From the NCBI GenBank assembly GCA_039621445.1, contig CP154954.1, positions 1,984,001-2,048,000 on the forward strand: 64,000 nt of DNA. The letters run 5' to 3'. Both the position numbers and the translations under genes were made by a program. The DNA is from Euglena gracilis. Lineage: Eukaryota. Positions 12,078 through 24,338 of the stretch are shown piece after piece. The first letter of the stretch is position 1, and every line of letters starts with the position of its first letter. The notes below the pieces were generated by a model that did not search any database, had not been told where the DNA came from, and saw only the letters and a program-made list of their open reading frames with translations.

Positions 12078-13709
12078 GGATAGCACGATCCAAGGGCTAC
12101 ATTTATAACCCAGGCACGTCCTCCAGCTCCCCCGGAAAGCGAAAAATGTGCATTTTGGTTGGCTGATTTGGTGGCTTGGCTTCAAGTCCCTTGCTTAACT
12201 AAATATAGCTCCCATTGCATCCCTCCGAGGTATGCACCCGAAGCCCGTAGGACCCGTGCGTGAGCACGGGCCGGAAGTAGCCCCAGCTAGCTACATTTAT
12301 TTCCAAAGCGCGCTCCCTCGGATACGAAAAATCTGCATTTTGGGTGGCCGATTTGCTTGATTAGCTCCCAAAGCATCCCTCCGTGATATGCAGCCCCCCC
12401 CTCCCCGTAGCTGTGCACGGAGGCCCGTGCTGACGCACGGCGGCGTGTGGTGGCCGGGAAAATATCGAGCACCACAGCTCCAAATGGCAGGGATTTGGGG
12501 CGGCCTGGTGATTTCGGGGCACCTAGGGCTTGTCCATCCAAAAGAGCAGTATTTTTGCTATCGCCGCCCTCGAAAACCCCCTTCCGGAGCGCGTCACAGG
12601 GCATCCACGCCACACCCATTCAGAAATATGCCACCCCCCGGCTTGGAGGAGTGGTTTTGTGCCGCATGGGAGTGCCCATGAGAGTGCGCCGGCGTTTCTT
12701 GAGGGCTCTGATGTGTCGGTCAGCTAAAGCAAAGTTTTTTTTTTTGCAATCCCGGCCCTCGAAAATTCCCTTCCGGAGCACATCAGGGGCCGCCATTGCA
12801 CACCCCTTCCGAGATATGCCACCGCCCCCGCCTAAATACCGACAAATAGCCCAGGAAATTGAGGTATAGAGGAGGTTGAAAAACCTCTACCTCTACCGCT
12901 GTCCCTCGCCCTCCATGCAGGAAGTCGTTTTTTTGGAATCGCGTCCGTCTAAAACCCTCTGCCGGAGCACATTAGGGGTCCTCCGCAGCACGCAGGTTGC
13001 CCCCCCCGTCCTGGAAGGGGGGCTTTATGTTCCCTGCGGTTTGAGGGCAGCCTACTACGACGGCCAGCCTCAGGTTACGCCTTCAAGATGAGAGTTATAA
13101 AAAATATCTCATACCTTCAGGAAAAAAAACTGAGAAAAAAAACTGAGCCTCGGAAAACAAAAGAAAACAAATGTCTGACATTCCAGATGCGCCCGATTTT
13201 TTAATCTGAAAAAGCTGATTAAATCAGCGGTGGTTTTTTTTGTCACCGCTCACCCTTTCTCCCTGTCCTTGACTTTTCCTGCCCCCCCCCCTGCTGATTG
13301 CAAAAAAAGGCCAAGTCCAGAAAAGCGACAAAGCAAAATGCGTGTGATGTGCGTCATCCACCTCAATCAGCATTCGCATTCGCATGACCTGTGAGGAGCA
13401 AACAAAAAATGCAGAACGCAGCATCAAAACAGCATCCAAAAAAAGAAAACAAAGATGAAACTGCTTCTTTTCTTTAAAAAAAAGAAGTTTACAAATGGTG
13501 GAGTCACGGGACACGGGACAAAATCGAAAAAAAGTCTGCCCCGTAATTCTGAAAAAAGCCCAGGTCCAAAAAATACCCCAGGGTTGGATGGGAAGCCTTG
13601 GGGGGTCGAACCCCCCCTCCCGACACGGAGGGGGGGGTGGGTCGGACCCCCCCCTCCTACCTCGAAACTGAGTGGGGGCCGATTTTTCGATTTCATGGAC
13701 GGGCAAAGG

Positions 13710-14023
13710 GCCAGAAAATGCGGGAAATTTTGGCTGGACCCCCCCTGGGTTTTTTCAGAAAATGCGGTTGGGAAATTCTTGGCTGGACCCCCCCCCCGCA
13801 ATCCAAAAAATACGTTTGGGAAATTTTGGGACCCACCTGGGTTTTTCAAAAAAAAAACAACGGTTGAGAAATTTTGGCTGGACCCCCCCTGGGTTTTTCA
13901 GAAAATGCGGTTGGGAAACTTTGGCTGGACCTCCCCTGGGTTTTTCAAAAAATACGGTTGGGAAATTTTGGCTGGACCCCCCCCCGGTAATCCAAAAAAA
14001 AAAAAACAAAAAAAAAAAATAAA

Positions 14024-14062
<39 letters not shown>

Positions 14063-15700
14063 GGGGAAATTTGGGCTGGACCCCCCCGCAATCCAAAAAA
14101 TACGGTTGGGAAATTTTGGGACCCACCTGGGTTTTTCAAAAAAAAAAACGGTTGAGAAAATTTGGCTGGAAATTTTGGCTTTTTTCAGAAAATACGGTTG
14201 GGAAATTTTGGCTCTACCCCCCCTGGGATTTTCAGAAAACGCGGTTGGGAAAGTTTGGCCCCTGGGTTTTTCAAAAAACACGGCTGTGAAACTTTGGCTG
14301 GAGCCCCCTGGGTTATTTTTTGAAAATGCGGTTGGGAAATTTTGGCAGGACCCCCCTCTGTAATCCAAAAAATGCGGTTGGGAAATTTTGGCTGGACCCC
14401 CCCTGGGATTTTCAGAAAATGCGGTTGGGAAATTTTTTGCTGGACCCCCCCTGGGATTTTCAGAAAATGCGGTTGGGAAATTTTGGCTGCCCCCCCCCCC
14501 CCCGTAATCCAAAAAAATGCGGTTGGGAAAATTTGGGACTCACCTGGGTTTTTCAAAAAATGCGGTTGGGAAAATTTCGGACTCACCTGGGTTTTTCAAA
14601 AAAAACGGTTGGGAAATTCTGGCTGGACCCCCCTGGGATTTTCAAAAAATGCGGTTGGGAAATTTTGCCTGGACCTCCCGTGGGTTTTTCAAAAAATACG
14701 GTTGGGAAATTTTGGCTGCACCCCCCCCCCGTTAATCCAAAAAAATGCGGTTCGGAAATTTTGGCTGGACCCCCCGGGATTTTCAGAAAATGCGGTTGGG
14801 AAACTTTGGCTGGACCTCCCCTGGGTTTTTCAAAAAATACGGTTGGGAAATTTTGGCTGGACCCCCCCCCGTAATCCAAAAAATACGGTTGGGAAATTTT
14901 GGCTGGACCCCCCCGCAATCCAAAAAATACGGTTGGGAAATTTTGGGACCCACCTGGGTTTTTCAAAAAAAAAAACGGTTGAGAAAATTTGGCTGGAAAT
15001 TTTGGCTTTTTTCAGAAAATACGGTTGGGAAATTTTGGCTCTACCCCCCCTGGGATTTTCAGAAAACGCGGTTGGGAAAGTTTGGCCCCTGGGTTTTTCA
15101 AAAAACACGGCTGTGAAACTTTGGCTGGAGCCCCCTGGGTTATTTTTTGAAAATGCGGTTGGGAAATTTTGGCAGGACCCCCCTCTGTAATCCAAAAAAT
15201 GCGGTTGGGAAATTTTGGCTGGACCCCCCCTGGGATTTTCAGAAAATGCGGTTGGGAAATTTTTTGCTGGACCCCCCCTGGGATTTTCAGAAAATGCGGT
15301 TGGGAAATTTTGGCTGCCCCCCCCCCGTAATCCAAAAAAATGCGGTTGGGAAAATTTGGGACTCACCTGGGTTTTTCAAAAAATGCGGTTGGGAAAATTT
15401 CGGACTCACCTGGGTTTTTCAAAAAAAACGGTTGGGAAATTCTGGCTGGACCCCCCTGGGATTTTCAAAAAATACGGTTGGGAAATTTTGGCTGGACCTC
15501 CCCCGTAATCCAAAAAAATGCGGTTCGGAATTTTGGCTGGATCCCCCCTGGGATTGCAGAAAATGCGGTAGGGAAATTTTGGCTGCCCCCCCCCCGTAAT
15601 CCAAAAAATGCGGTTTGGAAATTTTGGTTGGACCCCCCCCTGGGATTTTCCTAAAATGCAGTTGGGAAATTTTGGCTCGACCCCCCATGGGTTTTTCAAA
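13710..15700 (+). repeat. ~42-46-bp degenerate minisatellite with an 827-bp higher-order duplication and a long poly-A tract (~13994-14059)
   Basis: Unit GAAAATGCGGTTGGGAAATTTTGGCTGGACCCCCCCTGGGATTTTCA; identical ORFs at 14185/15012 and 14320/15147 give the 827-bp offset. Confidence 0.92.
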
Positions 15701-16430
15701 AAGCCCAGGGGGATCCAGCCAAATTTCCCCCCATACTTCGGAAAAATAGCCCAGGGGGGTCCAAGAATTTCCCCCCGTAATCGTAATCCTGAAAAAAAGC
15801 CCAGGGGGGCCCAACAAAAATTTCCCCCCGTTATCGTATTCCTGAAAAAAAGCCCAGGGGGTCAAAAATACCCCCCCCCCCGTAATCCTGGAAAAAAAAG
15901 GCCCAGGGGGGTCCAAAAATTTCCCCCCGTAATCCTGAAAAAAAGCCCAGGGAGTCCAAAAAATTCTCCCGTAATCCTGCAAAACAGCCCAGGGGAGTTT
16001 CAGCCAAATTTCCCCCGTAAGCCCAGGGGGGTCCAGCTAAAATTTTTCCCGTAATCCTGAAAAAAAGCCCAGGGAGGCCAAAAACTTACCCCCCTGTAAT
16101 CCTGAAAAAAGTCCAGGGGGGTCCAAAAATTTCCCCCCGTAATTAGGATAAAAGCCCAGGGGCTCCAAAAATTTCCCCCGTGATCGTGAAAAAAAAAGCC
16201 CAGGTGGGTCCAAAAATTTCCCCCGTAATCGTAATCCTGAAAAAGAGCCCAGGGGGGTCTGAAAATCCCCCCCGTAATCCTGAAAAAAAGTCCAGGGGGT
16301 CCAAAAAATTCGCCCCGTAATCCTGAAAATAAACCCGGGGGGGGTCCAACCAAATTTCCCCCCGTGATTCGTAAAAAAAGCCCAGGGAGTCCAAAAATTT
16401 CCGCCCGTAATCCTGAAAAAAAAGCCCAGG
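15700..16430 (-). repeat. Related ~45-bp minisatellite in the opposite orientation
   Basis: Reverse complement of the unit reads TTTTTCAGGATTACGGGGGGAAATTTTTGGACCCCCCTGGGCTTT, alignable to the forward unit at 13710-15700. Confidence 0.85.
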
Positions 16431-16789
16431 AAAACTGGCATGGGGTGGGTCACGGGAACGTGCAGAGTGTGGCTTTGCCAACAGGAGGTAGAGACCACCT
16501 TATGGTGCTCCTCCCCTTTGGGCAAGACCACCACTCCAGCACTGTTGCCCGAAAAAAGCCGCTCCCCCTACCTCTGGGCCTAGGTTGCCCGAGCAGGGAG
16601 CGACGGGGGGATTTTGAAAATTTCCAACCCACACGCCTCTCCGGTCCCAACCCTTCTGTCCTTCTCGTCATTTCATATGAGAGGGGCCCAACCCATAGAT
16701 TGTTGATCCCTTGGCTGAGTAAATCCCTGCAGATGGGGGGGACGATAATCCCAACACCAAATCGCAAATCACAAAAAAGGGTTTTTAAG

Positions 16790-18645
16790 AATGCTCTTTC
16801 CAAAAAACCGGGGGGCTGGGGCTGGCTGGCTGGCCAGTTTTGGCCTGAATGCCCTGAATGTGCATTGTAGGGGGGGTTGGGGCCGAAAACTTGCCAGGGC
16901 CATAACTTTGGCCCCGTGGTTCGTTAGCCCTTGCTCTAAAAATTTTTCTGGGGTTTTGGGGGGTGCTCTTTCCAAAAAACTGGGGGGCTGGGGCTGACTG
17001 GCCAGTTTGGGTCACCCTGTTTTGGCCTAAATGCCCTGAAATGTACATTCGGGGGGCGGGTTGGCCAAAAACCTTGCCGGGGCCATAACTATGGCCCTGT
17101 GGCCCGTTTGCCCTTGCTCTAAAAAAATTTTCTGAGGTTTTTGGGGGTGCTCTTTCCAAAAAACTGGGGGGCTGGGGCTGACTGGCCAGTTTGGGTCACC
17201 CTGTTTTGGCCTAAATGCCCTGAAATGTACATTCGGGGGGGGGGGCCGGTTGGCCAAAAACCTTGCCGGGGCCATAACTATGGCCCCGTGGCCCGTTTGC
17301 CCTTCCTCTAAAAAAATTTTCTGAGGTTTTTGGGGGTGCTCTTTCCAAAAAACTGGGGGGCTGGGGCTGACTGTCAAAATTTGGTCACCCAGTTTTGCCT
17401 AAATGCCCCGGAATGTACATTGTGGGGGGGGGGGGTGGGGGCCGAAAACTTGCCGGGGCCATAACTTTGGCCCCGTGGTTCGTTAGCCCTTGCTCTAAAA
17501 AAATTTTCTGGGGTTTTTGGGGTTGCTCTTTCTAAAAAAACTGCTTGGCTGGGGCTGACTGTCAAAATTTGGACACCCAGTTTTGGCCTAAATGCCCGGA
17601 ATGTACATTGTGGGGGGGGTTGGGTCCGTAAACTTGCCGGGGCCATAACTATGGCCCCGTGGCCCGTTTGCCCTTGCTCTAAAAAAATTTTCTGGGGTTT
17701 TTGGGGTTGCTCTTTCTAAAAAACTGCTTGGCTGGGGCTGACTGTCAAAATTTGGACACCCAGTTTTGGCCTAAATGCCCGGAATGTACATTGTGGGGGG
17801 GGGTTGGGTCCGTAAACTTGCCGGGGCCATAACTTTGGCCCCGTGGCCCGTTTGCCCTCGCTCTAAAAATTTTTTCTGGGGTTTTTGGGGTTGCTCTTTC
17901 TAAAAAACTGCTTGGCTGGGGCTGACTGTCAAAATTTGGACACCCAGTTTTGGCCTAAATGCCCGGAATGTACATTGTGGGGGGGGTTGGGTCCGTAAAC
18001 TTGCCGGGGCCATAACTTTGGCCCCGTGGCCCGTTTGCCCTCGCTCTAAAAATTTTTTCTGGGGTTTTTGGGGGTGCTCTTTCTAAAAAACTGCTTGGCT
18101 GGGGCTGACTGTCAAAATTTGGACACCCAGTTTTGGCCTAAATGCCCGGAATGTACATTGTGGGGGGGGTTGGGTCCGTAAACTTGCCGGGGCCATAACT
18201 TTGGCCCCGTGGTTCGTTAGCCCTTGCTCTAAAAAAATTTTCTGGGGTTTTTGGGGGTGCTCTTTCCAAAAAACTGCTTGGCTGGGGCTGACTGTCAAAA
18301 TTTGGACACCCAGTTTTGGCCTAAATGCCCGGAATGTACATTGTGGGGGGGGGGGTTGGGTCCGTAAACTTGCCGGGGCCATAACTTTGGCCCCGTGGCC
18401 CGTTTGCCCTCGCTCTAAAATTTTTTTCTGGGGTTTTTGGGGGTGCTCTTTCCAAAAAACTGCTTGGCTGGGGCTGACTGTCAAAATTTGGGCACCCAGT
18501 TTTGGCCTAAATGCCCGGAATGTACATTCGGGGGGGCGGGTTGGCCAAAAACCTTGCCGGGGCCATAACTATGGCCCCGTGGCCCGTTTGCCCTCGCTCT
18601 AAAAGAATTTCTGAGGTTTTTGGGGGTGCTCTTTCCAAAAAGCCC
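16790..18645. repeat. ~180-bp tandem satellite, about 10 units
   Basis: GGGCCATAACT(T/A)TGGCCCCGTGG recurs every ~178-185 bp. Confidence 0.95.
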
Positions 18646-18671
18646 CGGCTGTGTGGCAAAGGTTTTGGTCA

Positions 18672-18816
18672 TACCGAAAGCTTCGTTCCACGTCCTCGAA
18701 GATGGTGATCTTGGGGATCTTCTCGGGCTTGGGGTGTCCTGCGGTGCTTGGGCTTGTCCGCGTGTGTGGAAAATCTTCCTTTCCTTCTCCTTTTCCTTCC
18801 TCGGAGTTCGCGGCAT
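18672..18816 (-). CDS. Putative first exon of element B gene (MPRTPRKEKEKERKIFHTRG...SPRRSPRSPSSRTWNEAFG)
   Basis: ORF track 18481..18816; N-terminus shared with exon at 710, C-terminus shared with exon at 11636; 3' boundary approximate. Confidence 0.55.
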
Positions 18817-19246
18817 TGGGATCAGCCCAAAGTCTCAGCCCTTCGAGGCATCCTCCCTCATGAAAGCCCTGAATGAAACATTGAAAAGGGTGAGGGATGA
18901 GACACAGGACAACCTCTCCATTGACGGAGCCAGAAGCTGCAAGACGACAGCCGGAACCCTCACATTCTGGGCTTAAAGCTGCAAGGGAATGGAAACAAAG
19001 ATTCCGAATTAGGAATTCCCTAAATAGGCTGTAAACCTTTACACTCCAACTCGTGAACGTATTCAAAGCACAGTTCGGGACCGGGCATGCGACCTGCACG
19101 AAACCGAGGCGGTTCTGACGAACCCTGTCCCGTCGGCGGGTGCTGCTGCGTTGCCGCCAAATGTACCCCTACGGCGCACATTCGCGTCCGCATTCGCCGA
19201 AAGCGCGACGGAATCTGTCCACACGGCTCGGGTTATGGTTAGGAGA

Positions 19247-19279
19247 CAAGCCGGTGGGGCCCGTGCTGACGCACGGGCC
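19247..19279 (-). other. Helitron 3' terminus (hairpin + CTTG)
   Basis: GGCCCGTGC-tgac-GCACGGGCC at 19258-19279, 7 nt, CTTG 19250-19247. Confidence 0.85.
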
Positions 19280-19483
19280 AAAGGACAGGGATCGCGCAAG
19301 GGTGCGCGAGCTGTTCGTCGCGCGCACGGTCGCAGCAGTTAGGAATTGCGCAGAAGGCGTGGGGTTGTTAGTGTTGCTATTGCGTTGCAGCGTAGGTATT
19401 GCAGGTTTCGTCGGGGTTTGTGTTTGCTTTGTGTGGTGCATGTGTGTCTTGTCTCTTCTGACAGGAGCAGTATGTAGTGGAGG

Positions 19484-22400
19484 ATGTCCGTCGCCGCAGC
19501 TGCGGCGGAGGCTGCTGCTGCGGAGAGTGGCGGTGGAGTGTACGGAGATGGTGGTGGTGTGCTTCGCCTCAGTGATTCATGTCTGCAAGTGAGTGGAACG
19601 CAGTGGAACTGAGTGGAACTGATTCACGTGTGGAATTGCTGTGGAGCAGTGTGGAAGTGTACAGCAGCAGCAGTGTTGATTGAGAGGACGTTTATTTTGT
19701 TACAGCAGCTGCAGAAGAAGGTGCAGCAGAAGTTCCTTTTGTACCTGGAGAAGGTGGAGAGGAAGCAGCCGGTGTGCGCTTTTGAGTCTTGGCAGCGCAT
19801 GATGCGGGGTGTTGTATTGAAGTGCAGTGTGTGTAGTGTGTTGGTTTGAGCAGGTTTTGTTGTTTTTTTTGTAACCGCAGTTGCGGAGGAAGCAGCGGAA
19901 GAAGTTCCTCCTGTACCTGGCCAGGGGGGAGCGGATGCAGCAGGTGTGTTGTGCTGCTGTACTGTGTTGACAGAAGTTTTCAGCTTTCGATGGGAGCCCG
20001 GTTGAAGGGTGTCAGAGACGTGCAAATGAGTGCTCTGTTTTCGATTTAATCAGCTGCATTTCGGAATGCTTCAGCAGCGTTGCTGAGAGTTGTTGGTTTT
20101 TTTTCTGCTGCAGAAGCTGCAGAAGCTGCAGAAGAAGTTGCTCCTCTACCCGGGGACGGGGGAGTGGTAGCCGCTGGTGTGTTGTGTTGCTGTAATGAGC
20201 TTTGGCTGAAAGCTTGGCTGAAGGAGCTGTGTAATGATGTGGTGGAGTGTAGTGTAACGGTGTTGTTGGTGCAGGGCTGTGGTGCTGTTCCAGGGGAGTG
20301 AGCATGCCATGTTTTCGATTTAATCAGCTGCAGCGTTTTGACTGGATGTTCTGCTGTGCCTGTGGCAGCAGCCATGCATGATGTTACGGTTTGGGTTTTA
20401 TAAGGTGCGCTGGTGAGGGCACGGTTTCAGTGGGTTTTCGGGTTTTTTTTGTTTAACAGCAGCCGCAGAGGAAGCTGCGGCAGAAGTTGTTCCTGTGCTC
20501 GGGGATGGCAGAGCGGCAGCTGCTGGTGTGTTCTGCTGGTGCAATGTGTTGTGAGCAGTTTTGACCGACTGCATGCTTGAAGGAGCTGTGTAGGGTTCTG
20601 GTCATGTGCAACAGTGGGGTTGTTCCAGGGCTGTGGTGCTGTTTGTTGTTCCAGGGGGTGAAGATGCTGTAGCCCCTGTTGCAGAGGATGCACATCCTGC
20701 AGCAGCAGCTGCAGAGGGTGCAGGTGTGGGGTGGAATGCTTTGTCTTACTGAGCAGATGTAGTGGAAACGTGTGAGGAAGTTTTTGGGGGTTGCAGTGGT
20801 GGGAGCAAGTTTTCCATGCCGATTTGTTATCGTAGTTGCGGAAGCAGCTGTGGAAGATGTTGATGCTGTACTTGAAGGAGTGGAAGATGTGGATGGGGAG
20901 CGGCGGGAGCTGCGTCGGCGCCTGCGCAAGGGAACGCCGCAGCAGAACCTTGGTTTACCGGGTGTGGCTTTGATTTCCCTTTCCTTTTCCCTTGAGGTTC
21001 GCTTTTCGTTTGAGGTTGTGCTGGGAATTGAGGGGTGTGAGGGGTGGTGCTGTGTGGTGTTGTGTAGGGGGGTAAGTGGATTTTTTTGCGCGCAGGATCG
21101 AAGCGGAGGCGGCGGCAGCTGGCGGCGCAGCGGGCTGCGGAGGAGGAGGCGGTGGTGGAGGAGCCGCCAGTGGGAGACGGTATGTTTCGTTTGTAGCGCG
21201 AGGTACGTAGGGTGGATAGTGCCGTTCCATGGGTGTTAGTCAGGTGTGTGTCTCTGTCTCTGGATATTATGTGTTACGCAGGGCTGGACCGGCGCCTGTG
21301 TGAGGCGCTGGTGGCGGTGCTGGACCTGCTGCCGGAGGAGCAGCGCGCGGTACGGCGGAGGAGCGGGGGCTGGCTGCGGGGCCGCTGGCCCAGCTGGTGC
21401 GGGAGCGGCTGCTCAAGAATCTTCAAAGGGTTGGATGGGTTTTGGAGGGTTTTAGGAGGGAGCTTGGAGGGAGTTTGAGGGCTTTGGAGGGAGTTTGTGG
21501 GGTTTGGGTTTTGAGAGTTGGGGTTTGCGCCGCTGTGACGCGGAAGATTTTTGTTTCTAAACGCGCTGGGGGAGCGCATCGTGGCCCAGGGTCAGGGGGA
21601 CACGGCGGCGTACGTGGCGGCGATCGGCATCCGCAAGCAGCCTTGTTTTCAGAGGAGCTGATTAAATCAATGGGGACGGTTTCTATTTTGATGGTGTTTG
21701 TATTGGTGATTGACTGGGAAGCAGAGGAACTCCAGAAAAGTTGGTTAAATCGGTGGTCATTGTTTCCATTCTGTTGGCAGGGCATTGTTGGCAGGGTAAT
21801 TGCAGTGTGCTGATTAAATCAGTGGGGAGTGTTTTCTTTATGATGGTGTTTGTATTGCCCAGAGAAGCTGATTAAATCAGCGGTCCGAATTTCCATTGCG
21901 TTTTTAAGGGAATTGCATTGTGCTGGGGGGCGACGGTGTTTGTAAGTGTTTTCAGTTTGTATCTTGAGAATTGCTTCTTTATTGAAGGTGAGGCTGCTGC
22001 TGACGACTACTACTTCCCCGCCCTGGACGCCTACAGCGCCATCCGGCCGAGGCTGCGGGCGGCGAAGGACATCCTCCACCGCCATAAGCGCGGCGAGGGG
22101 CCGGTCCCGCAACGTATGCCCCTGTTGTGTGTAAGTTTGTGTCTTTTGTATGTGTGGTTCCTTTTCTTCTGCTGTATTTATAGTCACTCTGTATTTACAG
22201 TGGGTCATGCCACACTTGACGTTTCTTGATTTCTCTTTCTTTTCAGGCTGTGTGCGGCAGGCGGCCGCAAGCAGCAGTACAGCGACGGGCGCAGCGCTGG
22301 CCTGCAGACAGGCTGTCTTTTGTAGTTTGTTGCATTAGAACTTGGGAGTGCAAACGGAAGGACTGAGAATAATAGGAATTGATTGTAGTTGTAGTTGTTG

Positions 22401-24338
22401 ATTGTAATTGTCAGTAGTTCAGCGTCCCGATTGCTGGCAGCAAGAGACAGCCTGTGGTTGGGCATTACTTTGTTCTGGCGCTGGGCCAGCGGCACTGCGT
22501 GGTGTACAGGTCAGGCCTTTTTTTAGCTGGGATGTTTTCTTGGGGGGGGGTGATGCGGGTGTCTTGGCTGACGTTAAAAGGGGGGGGGGGGCTGACGTGT
22601 GGTCTGAGCTGGCCCCGGTGGACCCCCTGGGCACGGCGGGGGCGGCGAAGCTGGCGGGGCTGCTGCTGGCGGAGCAGCGGCGGGAGGTGGCCTCGCTGCT
22701 GCTGTGGGCCGCGGTACGACGGGGACACCGAACAGTTTTCTTCAGATTTGTGCCGGAAAGAGGAATTATTTTTGTTCTTTTTCGTTCTTTTGTTGCCGCA
22801 ACAGATGAAAGAATTGCAGAAGTGCAGAAGTTCCTAGGTGGAAAAGCGAATTACTTCAGACGCCTGCTACCGGTTTCGAGTTGCATTGCGCTGAATGAGG
22901 AATGGAACGGCCTTTTTTTCTGTGTCAGTGTTTAGTAATGGGAGGAAAACTGGAGGAGAGACGTGCGGCTTCGTCGCGGCGCGGCTGGCGGCGGCGATGA
23001 TGGCGGTCCCCGAGGAGCAGTGGGCGATGGTGGCGGCGCAGCGGGAGCGCTACGCCACCACCGTGGCGGAGGCGGAGGAGTTGGTGCGGGCTGCGGAGGA
23101 GTACTTGGAGAAGGCCCCGCGGTACGGGAGGGGTGTCGACGGTAGGCGGCGTTCAGCGTGCTGGAAATGTCTGGAGTTGGATGGCGGGTGTGGAGTGTGG
23201 TTAGGGTTGTGATATTTGTGGAGTTGGGTGGTGAGTGAGAACAATCAGCACGCTGTTGTTGGCAGCCGAACTACCACCCGGGAGCGACGCAAACAGGGTT
23301 TTTTTTTTTGTGAGAGATGATGTGCAAAAGTGGGGGGGTTTCTGGGTTAGGCTGTCACTTCCCTCCCCCTCTGTGCTGTGTTCACTGCTGGGTGTGAAAA
23401 AACCCTGGGCACAGCGGGTGGTGAGCCTGCTGCTGCGGGAGCCGCTGGCGCGGCAGGGGATTCCTGTGGAATCAGGAAGTTCACTTCCTGGTTTTTTTTG
23501 ATGTGACTGCTTTTTGAGAGACGTTGAAAACCAATGGGAAGCATGGGAACAATGTGGGAACAATTTGTGACGATTTCAGCCTGTGCGCCAACTGGGTTTT
23601 TCTTTTGCATTGCTTTTGTTGGTTCTCTTTATGTCTTCGGAATGAATTCCTGTTGTTGTGCGCTGCGAGCGGTGGTGACGTACCTTCGGGGCGCGCCGCT
23701 GAGCGAGCTGGCGCGCGTGCGGTATGCTGCTGCGATTGTTGTTTGGGCCTGTTTTTGGTGTTGTTGTTGTTATTGTTGTTTGCCCGCATCTTGTAGTTGC
23801 TCGCGTTTGCTTTGAATGTATTTTTTCTCGTGCCCTGATTAGCTGATTAAATCAGTGAATGTTGCTCGTGAACTGAAAAGCTGATGCAATCGATGATCCT
23901 GAAAAGCTGATTAAATCGGTGACCCCGAAAAGCTGATTAAATCGGTGACCCTGAAAAGCTGAGTAAATCGGTGACCCTGAGAAGCTGATTAAATCGGTGA
24001 CCCTTAAAAGCTGAGTCAATCGGTGCCCCTGAAAAGCTGATGAAAGTGGTGACCCTGAAAAGCTGATTAAATCGGTGAATCACCTGATCCTAATTCTCTG
24101 TTTTTTTGTCTCACAGGGGCAGCGGCTGCCTGCACGGCGTGGACTTCGAGACGGCGGAGTTGGTGTGTCGGGGTCAGGCCTTTGCTTAGGAAGTTGCAAC
24201 CCCCACCCGTGCGCGGAAGTGTGCTTTTGTGTTCCCCAGGTGGGTTTTAATGAAATGCCTGGCTGGGGTGTGCGGGGCAACCCCGTCGGCATGTACGTCG
24301 TCTACACGAAGTGGTGGGAAGGAGGAACGAAGCTTTGA
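19484..24338 (+). CDS. Multi-exon cargo gene of unknown function (copy 2)
   Basis: Near-identical to 1448-6296; differs by small indels in exons that may be sequencing errors or decay. Confidence 0.6.

Larger units (their letters stand above)
12045..19246 (-). mobile_element. Helitron B, 7.2-kb non-autonomous satellite-filled element
   Basis: 5' TCTCCTAACCATAAC at 19246; 3' hairpin 12056-12077 + CTTG 12048-12045; no RepHel motifs inside. Confidence 0.75.

Noticed and set aside
13424-18602. Many ORFs in the minisatellite and satellite arrays
   Set aside because: Open frames arise from stop-poor tandem repeats on both strands
19230-19246. Telomeric repeat target (GGTTATGGTTAGG, TTAGGG-like)
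   Set aside because: No tandem TTAGGG array; better explained as the Helitron 5' end on the minus strand
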